This document shows positions 47,415 through 55,369 of a stretch of DNA of 64,000 nt, piece after piece. The notes below the pieces were generated by a model. The model did no database searches, had not been told where the DNA came from, and saw only the letters and a program-made list of their open reading frames with translations. Within the stretch, counting starts at the first letter, position 1. Each line of letters starts with the position of its first letter. The stretch is from an uncultured Gemmatimonadota bacterium (GTDB taxonomy: Bacteria > JAAXHH01). The stretch is from NCBI GenBank assembly GCA_951812955.1, contig OX638340.1, positions 320,001 to 384,000 of the forward strand, read 5' to 3'. The position numbers and the translations under genes were made by a program.

Positions 47415-48724
47415 CCGAAGCGATGCCGCTCATCCTCTTTGCGGTCCTGTTCCTGCTGCTCCTGATGGGGTATCCCGTCGCCTTCACCCTCGGCGGCGTG
47501 TCCGTATTGCTCGGACTGATGACCTTCGGCGCGGATTTCTTCAACCTGCTGCCCCTACGCATCTGGGGAGTGATGACGAATTACGTGCTCCTCGCCGTTC
47601 CCCTGTTCGTCTATATGGGCGTCATGCTGGAAAAATCAGGCCTCGCGGAGGACATGCTGGAGACCATGGCCCTGCTATTCGGCCGCCTGCGCGGCGGTCT
47701 TGCCGTAGCGGTCGTGGTCGTTGGCGCGCTGCTGGGCGCATCGACGGGTATTGTGGGAGCGACGGTCGTGACCATGGGCCTTCTCAGCCTGCCTACCATG
47801 CTGAGGAGGGGTTACAGTCCACCCGTGGCCACGGGGACGATCGCCGCGTCGGGTACGCTCGGCCAGATCATCCCGCCCAGCGTGGTGCTCGTGCTGCTCG
47901 GAAGCATCCTCAACGTGTCGGTCGGAGATATGTTCATCGGCGCCGTCATTCCTGGCGCGATTCTCGTGGGCATGTACCTGGTATGGCTTGCCATCGTGGC
48001 CATATTCAAACCGGAGGAAGCCCCGGCCATGCCGTCCGAGGAACTGGCCGCGTTCCGGGAAAAGGGGATGTTCAGAAAGATCATCCGGGCATTTCTCCTT
48101 CCCCTGGGCCTGATGACCGTCGTGCTGGGATCCATCTTTGCGGGCGTCACCTCGCCGACGGAAGCGGCTGCCGTGGGCGCGCTAGGCGCGACGCTCCTCA
48201 CCGTCTTCCAGGGCAAGTTCTCCTATGAAACACTGAAGGCGGTCATGAAGGAGTGCACGCATATCACGTGCATGGTTTTCTTCGTACTCGTAGGCGCCGA
48301 AGCCTTCGGACTGGTTTTTCGGGGAATGAGAGGCGATGCGTTCATGACCGCGCTGATCCTGGACGCGAACCTGAGTACCTACGCCTTCATGGCGCTGGTC
48401 CTGGTCATGATCTTCATTGCCGGTTTCTTCATCGATTTCATCCAGATCACCTACATCATCGTCCCGGTCGTCACGCCTATCTTCATCGTTTTGGGGGTCG
48501 ACCTGCTCTGGCTCGGCATCCTGATCGCGGTGAACCTGCAGACGTCCTTTCTCACGCCACCTTTTGGATTCTCCCTATTCTACCTGAAAGGCGTGGCGCC
48601 GCCCGAAGTGCAGACCCGGCATATCTACAGTGGTATTCTACCCTTTGTCGTGATACAACTCATCTGCCTGGGTTTGCTGGTCTACACCCCCGCGCTCGCA
48701 ACGTGGCTGCCCAGCCTGCGCTAG
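47411..48724 (+). CDS. dctM: TRAP transporter large permease subunit
   Basis: About 437 aa, 12-TM DctM pattern (LLLMGYPVAFTLGG..., conserved TG/IPPS regions). TTG or ATG (47423) start, coupled to dctQ. No dctP in the window. Confidence 0.9.
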   Translation: MTEAMPLILFAVLFLLLLMGYPVAFTLGGVSVLLGLMTFGADFFNLLPLRIWGVMTNYVLLAVPLFVYMGVMLEKSGLAEDMLETMALLFGRLRGGLAVAVVVVGALLGASTGIVGATVVTMGLLSLPTMLRRGYSPPVATGTIAASGTLGQIIPPSVVLVLLGSILNVSVGDMFIGAVIPGAILVGMYLVWLAIVAIFKPEEAPAMPSEELAAFREKGMFRKIIRAFLLPLGLMTVVLGSIFAGVTSPTEAAAVGALGATLLTVFQGKFSYETLKAVMKECTHITCMVFFVLVGAEAFGLVFRGMRGDAFMTALILDANLSTYAFMALVLVMIFIAGFFIDFIQITYIIVPVVTPIFIVLGVDLLWLGILIAVNLQTSFLTPPFGFSLFYLKGVAPPEVQTRHIYSGILPFVVIQLICLGLLVYTPALATWLPSLR

Positions 48725-48730
48725 ATGAGG

Positions 48731-50374
48731 TTAATACCCGATCGCGCAACCGTCCTTACGAGGTTCCGACGCGCCGTGCAGCTTGCCTGTTTCCGGGTCG
48801 ATCCGGATCGCCTGGTAACCGCCGTACCCGTGGGAAGACCGGGATATTCGATGGCCCTTCTCCACAAGCCCGCGGAAGGCGTCCTCGCCGATGCCTTCTT
48901 CCACGTTGACCCGGCCTCCACCAGCCTCCATGGGCGTACCCGTAGGTTCGGCCGAACCGAAGTGTTGAAAACGTGGCGCGTCACCCGCCTCCTGCACGTC
49001 CATACCGAAATCGATCATGTTGCAGAGTACCTGAACATGTCCCTGCGGCTGCATGGCGCCGCCCATCAAGCCGAAGGTAAGCCAGGGCTTCCCGTTCCGG
49101 GTAACCATGGCCGGGATGATGGTATGGAAGGGGCGCTTGTGTGGAACAAGGGCGTTGCGGTGCGCGGGATCGAGCGAGAAGAGCTGACCCCGGTTCTGAA
49201 TCGGAAACCCCGTACGCTCCGGAACGATGCCTGATCCGAATCCGTGAAAAATGCTCTGGATGAAAGAGACGGCGTTGCGGTCTTTGTCTACGACCGTCAT
49301 GTAGGCCGTATCCCCGTGCTGCAGCACGGGATCTCCGGCCGGTACGTCGATCGCCGCGCGGCGGGGATCGATGCGTTCGCGCTGCCTGTCGGCGTAGGCC
49401 TTTGATAGCAGGGCCTCGACGGGAACATCCGCGAAGGATGGGTCGGCATAGTACTCCGCCCGGTCCGCATAGGCGAGTTTCTTGGCCTCGATCTGCAGGT
49501 GCAGTGTGTCCGCCGTTAGGCATCCCGTTTCGGCGAGGTCGTAACCTTCCAGCATATTGAGCATCTGCAGGGCCGCAATACCCTGCCCGCTCGGCGGCAG
49601 TTCCCAGACGGTGTGCCCCCGGTATTCGGCGCACACGGGATCGTCCCAGGTCGACGCGTGATCCCTGAAGTCATCGAGGCTGAACAGTCCTCCGACGGTC
49701 TTTGAACAGGCCACGATGGCTTCGGCGATTTCGCCGTGGTAGAACGCGTCGCGACCTCCTTCGGCCAGGATGCGGTAGGATCGTCCCAGGTCCGGGTTCC
49801 TGAAATCGGCGCCGGGTTCGGGCGCCTTTCCTCCGGGCAGGTAGACCCTTGCGGACTCGGGCCAGGGGCTCAGCAGTGGCATGGATCCAGTCCAGTCCCG
49901 CGCGATGATGTCCGAAACCGGGAACCCGTTCTCCGCGTACCAGATAGCAGGTTCCAGTACCTGTCCGAGGGACATCGTGCCGAAGCGATCGAGGAGGCAG
50001 TTCCAGCCGTCTACGCAACCGGGTACGGACCAGCTCAGCGGCCCGGAACCCGGGATGTATTCGTGTCCCTGGCCCCGGTAGTATGCGATCGACGCCCCGT
50101 AGGGCGCCCTGCCGCTCGCGTTGAGTCCGGTCAACCTGTCGCTTCCCGCCTCGCTGACAATGGCGAATAGATCGCCGCCGATGCCGCAGGACATGGGTTC
50201 CACCACACCGAGTACCGCGTTGACGGCGATGGCGGCATCTATGGCGTTGCCGCCCGCTTTGAGGATGTCAATGCCCGCCTGGGCCGCCAGCGGCTGGCTC
50301 GTGGCCACCATGCCTCTGGGCGCTATGACGACCGAGCGTCGCGAGGCTCGGTATTCGTAGGGATCATATCGCAT
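48731..50374 (-). CDS. ggt: gamma-glutamyltranspeptidase
   Basis: GGT family: N-terminal ATSQPLAAQAGIDILKAGGNAIDAAIA, autoprocessing Thr (TT/HTI region, FHTIIPAMV), GGxxQ motif (GLMGGAMQPQGH). Confidence 0.9.
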   Translation of the reverse strand: MRYDPYEYRASRRSVVIAPRGMVATSQPLAAQAGIDILKAGGNAIDAAIAVNAVLGVVEPMSCGIGGDLFAIVSEAGSDRLTGLNASGRAPYGASIAYYRGQGHEYIPGSGPLSWSVPGCVDGWNCLLDRFGTMSLGQVLEPAIWYAENGFPVSDIIARDWTGSMPLLSPWPESARVYLPGGKAPEPGADFRNPDLGRSYRILAEGGRDAFYHGEIAEAIVACSKTVGGLFSLDDFRDHASTWDDPVCAEYRGHTVWELPPSGQGIAALQMLNMLEGYDLAETGCLTADTLHLQIEAKKLAYADRAEYYADPSFADVPVEALLSKAYADRQRERIDPRRAAIDVPAGDPVLQHGDTAYMTVVDKDRNAVSFIQSIFHGFGSGIVPERTGFPIQNRGQLFSLDPAHRNALVPHKRPFHTIIPAMVTRNGKPWLTFGLMGGAMQPQGHVQVLCNMIDFGMDVQEAGDAPRFQHFGSAEPTGTPMEAGGGRVNVEEGIGEDAFRGLVEKGHRISRSSHGYGGYQAIRIDPETGKLHGASEPRKDGCAIGY

Positions 50375-50379
50375 GGTCT

Positions 50380-51192
50380 CTATGCTCTCCGGTCGGTTGA
50401 TCGGTGGAAGCAGGACTCGGCGTTGTGCCGGGGCGCGTAGCCGATCTCTTCCTTCGGGGTCTCAATGTCGAAGATGTTGTAGGTGTTGTCCGAAATGACG
50501 AAGTAATGCCGCGCGGGGGGCAAGCTGCCGTTGCGATGGGCCGTATACGCCGCGTGCACCATGGACGCCGCGTCCCGCTGGTGACACCATACCGCGAAGT
50601 ACCCGCGTTCTTCCATGATGGGCGTATTCCCGGGGTTTACACCTCCCCAGCGCGTCGCCAGCGCGCCACAACCCCGGTCAGACGCCCGTTTCACCCAGGA
50701 CTCGACGTAGGCCTTCTCCCGGCCGTAGTCGTTTATCGGACAGGGCGGCGTATGCGCGGAGAGCGGCGGGGGCCAGTCTACGATCTCATCGAACTTCCGC
50801 TCGGCGATCAACGCGTACGTGCCCGACTCGAAAAAGCGGTAAGCGTCGTCTACCGCGTGCACGGAGCTCGAACCCACGATCATCGGACTGCGGTCCAGGG
50901 CCAGCACCGATTCAAACACCAGGTCCGTCATATGGTTCATGACGGCGAGATCGCCCTTCCGGGCCAGGTAGACGACGAGATCGAAACCGGGCAGCAGATC
51001 CCTGAACCGGTCCGGTTCTTCGGTGATGTCCATATAGATGAACCGGCCTTCAGCGCGGCCCTCGGCCCTGTCGGGGGCTCCGGGCAGGTCGATGGAACAG
51101 AATCGGTATCTTTCGTCCATCTCCGGCAGGTACCGGCGAAGTCCGGATCCGATCGTCCCCCTGCCGCCGATGAGCAACGTATTAAAAGCCAT
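50380..51192 (-). CDS. NAD-dependent epimerase/dehydratase (extended SDR) family protein
   Basis: N-terminal Rossmann LLIGGRGTIGSGL. About 270 aa. The ATG at 51192 has a GAGGGGAA SD. The ORF-track start at 51252 would overlap the upstream gene by 50 nt. Confidence 0.72.
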   Translation of the reverse strand: MAFNTLLIGGRGTIGSGLRRYLPEMDERYRFCSIDLPGAPDRAEGRAEGRFIYMDITEEPDRFRDLLPGFDLVVYLARKGDLAVMNHMTDLVFESVLALDRSPMIVGSSSVHAVDDAYRFFESGTYALIAERKFDEIVDWPPPLSAHTPPCPINDYGREKAYVESWVKRASDRGCGALATRWGGVNPGNTPIMEERGYFAVWCHQRDAASMVHAAYTAHRNGSLPPARHYFVISDNTYNIFDIETPKEEIGYAPRHNAESCFHRSTDRRA

Positions 51193-51202
51193 ACGATTCC
51201 CC

Positions 51203-52366
51203 TCAATAGGCTTCCATATAGAGCGATTTGATTTCGTTCGCCGTGGGAACACGCGGGTTGTTCTGCGGACTTCCCGATAAGAGCGCGTCCTCGGCCATCT
51301 TGTCCAGCGCGCCGGTCAGGGCCTCTTCAGATATGCCACAGTCCCGCAGTCCAGGGATTTCGACGGTATCATTGAGTTTCTGCAGACCGTCGACAAGCAA
51401 ATCGCAGGCTTCGGACGCATTGTGTTCTTCCCCCGCCCACCCGAGCTTCCGGGCCAGGATGGCGTAGCGTTCGGGCGCCGAGGATACGCTGAACCGGGTG
51501 ACGGCCGGCAGGAGGACCGAGTTGCTCAGGCCGTGGGGAAGATGAAATACCGCTCCGAGCGGCCTGCTCATGCCGTGCACGAGACAGACGGAGCTGTTGG
51601 CGAAGGCCATTCCGCCCAGGGAGGCCGCTTCCATCATGCCCTTACGGGCGGCGTGATCGCCGGGTTGGCGCCAGGCCCGCTCGAGGTGCCTGCCGACGAG
51701 GTCGACGCAGGCAAGGGCGAGCGGGTCCGTCATCGTGCCCGCCTTGCGGGAGACGAACGCTTCGATTCCGTGCGTCAGGGTATCCACGCCCACATTGGCC
51801 GTGAGCGGCGGGGGCATGGACAGGGTCAGTGTGTAGTCGACGAAGGCCGCGGTAGGCAGAAGGTGCGCATCCAGCATCATCATCTTCACGTTTCGAATCG
51901 TATCCGTAATGACGGTCACGCGGGTCATTTCGCTCCCGGTACCTGCGGTAGTGGGGATAGCGAAAAGCGGTACGCCGGGCCGGGGTATGCGGTGATAGCC
52001 GGCGTATCCGGACAGGGGTCCGTCATTCGTCGCCATGACAGCGATGCCCTTGCCGGCGTCGATGCTGCTTCCGCCGCCCACCGCGATGACGGCGTCGCAG
52101 CCGTTTGACCGGAATACCGCCAATCCTTCTTCCACGTTCACATCCGTGGGTTCCGTCGTCACGCCCCCGTATACATGGGCATCAAGGTCCGCCTGGCGGC
52201 ATTGTTCCACGATTCGCGCGGGCAGGCCCTGTTCGACCAAATAGGGATCGGAGACCAGCAGGACGTTCTTAAGTCCGCTGCGTCTGGCCTGTGGGACGGC
52301 TTCATCGAATGCCCCGGCGCCGGTGAAAATAATGGAAGGTATATTGATCTGAACGGGGCCGGACAT
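51203..52366 (-). CDS. iron-containing (group III) alcohol dehydrogenase
   Basis: Fe-ADH signatures (AVGGGSSIDAGK; metal-ligand His region HGMSRPLGAVFHLPHG). The ATG at 52366 has a GAGGGAG SD 8 nt upstream and is 3 nt downstream of the kynU stop. Confidence 0.85.
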   Translation of the reverse strand: MSGPVQINIPSIIFTGAGAFDEAVPQARRSGLKNVLLVSDPYLVEQGLPARIVEQCRQADLDAHVYGGVTTEPTDVNVEEGLAVFRSNGCDAVIAVGGGSSIDAGKGIAVMATNDGPLSGYAGYHRIPRPGVPLFAIPTTAGTGSEMTRVTVITDTIRNVKMMMLDAHLLPTAAFVDYTLTLSMPPPLTANVGVDTLTHGIEAFVSRKAGTMTDPLALACVDLVGRHLERAWRQPGDHAARKGMMEAASLGGMAFANSSVCLVHGMSRPLGAVFHLPHGLSNSVLLPAVTRFSVSSAPERYAILARKLGWAGEEHNASEACDLLVDGLQKLNDTVEIPGLRDCGISEEALTGALDKMAEDALLSGSPQNNPRVPTANEIKSLYMEAY

Positions 52367-52368
52367 CC

Positions 52369-53658
52369 TCACGTCACTCCCTCGATCACGTCGCTGTATT
52401 GCCTGAAGGAGCCGGAGGTCACGACCTCGGCCAGCGCCTGCACGGCGTTGTTCAATTCCTCGTAAGTCGTGTAAAGCGGCGCGATGCCCAGTCTGATGTT
52501 GTCCGGCATTCGGAAATCTGAAATGACCTTTTTCTCTTCCCGGATGGCCTGGTCGATGCGGTAACCCTCGTCATGGCCGAATGAGACGTGCGATCCCCTG
52601 CGGTCGCCGTTCCGCGGAGAGTTCAGTCTGAACCCGAGTGGCATCAGCACGGATTCCCAGAGGGATACCAGGTATTCCGACTGATCGATCGACTTGGTAC
52701 GAATGGGACCAATGCCGGCTTCGAGCGTGAGATCCACACCGGGTTCAATCATGGCAAGCGACAGGACGGACGGCGTGCCCGTGAGATAGCGGTCTATGCC
52801 CGCCGCCGGTTCGAATTCGGTATCGAAATAGAATTGTTTCCGGTGGCCGAACCAGCCTGAAACCGGGTTGATCAGCCGGGACTGCAGGTCGTCCCGGACA
52901 TAAAGAAACGCCGGTGCGCCCGGGCCGCCGTTCAGGTACTTGTACGTGGAACCCACCGCCAGGTCGATACCCAGGTCGTGACATGCCATGGGTACGACGC
53001 CGGCGGAATGGCTCAGGTCCCAAAGGATCATCGCGTCCCGCCTATGGGCGATTTCGGTTATCCGCGCAAGGTCGTACATGTAACTGGACTTGTACATGAC
53101 GTGAGAAAGGAGCACCAGGGCGGTATCGTCGTCGATGGCCCGTTCCAGGGTCTCATCGGATACGGCAAAGCCGTTGTCCACCGGGAGAACAACCAGTTCG
53201 TACGCGGGATCGAGCAGGTCCGCCACGGCCTTCAGGATATAGATGTCGGATGGGAAATTAACGCGGTCGGTCACGATTTTACGCCGTCCCTGCCGCTCCT
53301 TGAGCGCGCCGGCAATCAGCTTGAACAGGTTGACCGAAGTGGAGTCGGCGATGATTACTTCGTCCGGCAAAGCGCCGATCAGTCCGGCCAGCTTGGCGCC
53401 GATACGCCTGGAAAGCCCCATCCATTCGTCATTCCAGGCCCGGATCAGGCGGTTTCCCCACTGATGCCGGACCAGCCGGTCCATCAGGGCGACGGAGTCT
53501 TTCGGAACCCGTCCAAGGGAATTGCCATCCAGGTATATCAGGCCGGGGTCGTCAATCAGGAAGCGTTCCCGGAACCTGCCTAACTGGTCACGACGGTCCA
53601 ATGCTCGTGCCTGTTCGAGCGACGTGTCGAAGTCCAAACACACACCTCCACGTTTCAT
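52369..53658 (-). CDS. kynU: kynureninase
   Basis: Kynureninase pattern (IYLDGNSLG, PLP-lysine region VGSTYKYLNGGPGAPAFLYV). About 430 aa. ATG at 53658; the ORF-track TTG is at 53691. Confidence 0.85.
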   Translation of the reverse strand: MKRGGVCLDFDTSLEQARALDRRDQLGRFRERFLIDDPGLIYLDGNSLGRVPKDSVALMDRLVRHQWGNRLIRAWNDEWMGLSRRIGAKLAGLIGALPDEVIIADSTSVNLFKLIAGALKERQGRRKIVTDRVNFPSDIYILKAVADLLDPAYELVVLPVDNGFAVSDETLERAIDDDTALVLLSHVMYKSSYMYDLARITEIAHRRDAMILWDLSHSAGVVPMACHDLGIDLAVGSTYKYLNGGPGAPAFLYVRDDLQSRLINPVSGWFGHRKQFYFDTEFEPAAGIDRYLTGTPSVLSLAMIEPGVDLTLEAGIGPIRTKSIDQSEYLVSLWESVLMPLGFRLNSPRNGDRRGSHVSFGHDEGYRIDQAIREEKKVISDFRMPDNIRLGIAPLYTTYEELNNAVQALAEVVTSGSFRQYSDVIEGVT

Positions 53659-53762
53659 TCCGTGGCGGGAATGGGAGTCGAAGGGACGCAAAAAAGAAAA
53701 TCGAAATGTATACGTGGAGGGAGGTCAGGACAAGTGGAATGTCGGCATCACGCCGGGCGTCG

Positions 53763-53816
53763 AGGTCACATCGCGCTTCGGGGTCACGTCGCGCTTCGGG
53801 GTCACGTCGTGCGGCC
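53763..53816. repeat. 18-bp tandem repeat x3 upstream of kynU operon
   Basis: Three head-to-tail units of (A/G)GGTCAC(A/G)TCG(C/T)GC(T/G)(T/G)CG between the kynU start and the SanA-like gene end. Iteron-like. Confidence 0.65.
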
Positions 53817-53821
53817 GATGC

Positions 53822-54484
53822 TCATCTGCTCGCCCGTTCTCCAGGTTCCATGGAACGCGGCTGGGTATCGAGGATGTTCAGGTCGGCGAATGCCATTACC
53901 CTGGCCAGCGTTTCGCGTCCACGCATCAGCAGGGAACTGGAGTGAGGAGTGTCTTCAGCGCAGAAACCCGTCGCGGCGAGACCGACGCCGTCCGCGAGGT
54001 ATAGCGCCCGTTCGCAGTGAAACTGCTGCGAAACGACCGTGACGCGGTCAAGGCCGAATACCTGCTTCGCCCGGAACACGGAGTCCAGGGTCCTGACCCC
54101 GGCATAGTCGAGCAGGATGTAGTCTTCCGGCACGCCCAGTTCGATCAGGTCAAGCTGCATGGTCGTCGTCTCGTCATAGTACTTCGTGGATGCGTCGCCG
54201 CTGACGAGGATGGCGCGGACCCGGCCGGCGTGAAACAGTTCGGCGGCGGCCTCGATGCGCGTGCGGTAGTATCGATTGACGTTCCCCTCGGCGTACTTGG
54301 AGGTGCCCAGTACGAGCGCCACCTGGCACTCGGGTGTTTCGTCGGCCAGGTAGTACAACCGGGCGGATGCGTTTCGGGTGATGGAGAGGTCGTTCAACAG
54401 GGTTGCGAAGAGACCGATCGCGGCCAGCGCCGCAATACATTTGGTCAAAGACAGCAGATGGCGATAAGCAGGTTTGCTTCGCAT
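53822..54484 (-). CDS. SanA/YdcF (DUF218) family protein
   Basis: N-terminal TM anchor, then DUF218 core (VALVLGTSKY..., ILVSGDAS...). Confidence 0.75.
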   Translation of the reverse strand: MRSKPAYRHLLSLTKCIAALAAIGLFATLLNDLSITRNASARLYYLADETPECQVALVLGTSKYAEGNVNRYYRTRIEAAAELFHAGRVRAILVSGDASTKYYDETTTMQLDLIELGVPEDYILLDYAGVRTLDSVFRAKQVFGLDRVTVVSQQFHCERALYLADGVGLAATGFCAEDTPHSSSLLMRGRETLARVMAFADLNILDTQPRSMEPGERASR

Positions 54485-54723
54485 CGAATCAGACGTTTTG
54501 GCGGGAAATGGTCTTTTTGGAATGAAGGACTGGGGTTATACTAATATACTACCTGTGCGGGGGGTATGCCGTCAAGCGATTAACCCTGGTTTTGTGTCAT
54601 TTCCCACAGGTTTTTTAAAAAGAGGACGTCCCACCCAGGGATACCATGGTCTTGCACAGGATGTGTACGTGAGTTTAACCGCAAAGCACGTCGTTGTCTA
54701 ATTGATACTGGAGTGATTCCACC

Positions 54724-55365
54724 ATGCTTATACCCCTGCTGATATGGCTGCTTCCCATCGCGTCGCCTGACTCTTTCCAGGATCCGGTAAACGGCCGTCC
54801 TCACATGACCGTACTGTTTTATGGAGACAGCCTGACGACGGGCTTCGGGATCGATCCGGACAAGGCGTATCCCCAGGTAATCCAGGAGAAGATCGACCAA
54901 CTCGGCTGGCCATTCCGGGTGATTAACGGAGGGGTGGGGGGCGAGACCACAGCGGGTGGACTGAGCCGAATCGACTGGGTACTGCAGAACAGGATGGACG
55001 TGTTTGTACTGGAACTCGGCGGCAACGATGGCCTGAGGGGCGTCGACCCTCGTGTCACGCGGCGGAATCTGCGGGCGATCATCCGCCGTGTAAGAGACCG
55101 TTATCCCGATACGAAGATCGTTCTCGCAGGCATGCAGGCGCCGCCGAACATGGGTACTGCATTCACTTCGGCCTTCAAGGCGATCTATCCTGAACTGGCC
55201 GAATCGGAAAACACCCCGCTGATTCCCTTCCTGCTCCAGGGCGTCGGCGGCATAGCTGAACTGAATCTGCCCGACGGTATCCACCCGACGGCCGAAGGGC
55301 ACGCGATTCTGGCGGAGAACGTGTGGAAGGTGCTCAAGCCAGTCCTGGAGGACCTGAGTCCGTAA
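54724..55365 (+). CDS. SGNH/GDSL hydrolase (arylesterase / TesA-like thioesterase-lysophospholipase)
   Basis: GDSL block VLFYGDSLTTGFG, block III GGNDGL, catalytic DxxH (DGIHP). Signal peptide. Divergent from the FtsX/ABC pair, as tesA is from ybbA-ybbP in E. coli. Confidence 0.85.
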   Translation: MLIPLLIWLLPIASPDSFQDPVNGRPHMTVLFYGDSLTTGFGIDPDKAYPQVIQEKIDQLGWPFRVINGGVGGETTAGGLSRIDWVLQNRMDVFVLELGGNDGLRGVDPRVTRRNLRAIIRRVRDRYPDTKIVLAGMQAPPNMGTAFTSAFKAIYPELAESENTPLIPFLLQGVGGIAELNLPDGIHPTAEGHAILAENVWKVLKPVLEDLSP

Positions 55366-55369
55366 GTCG

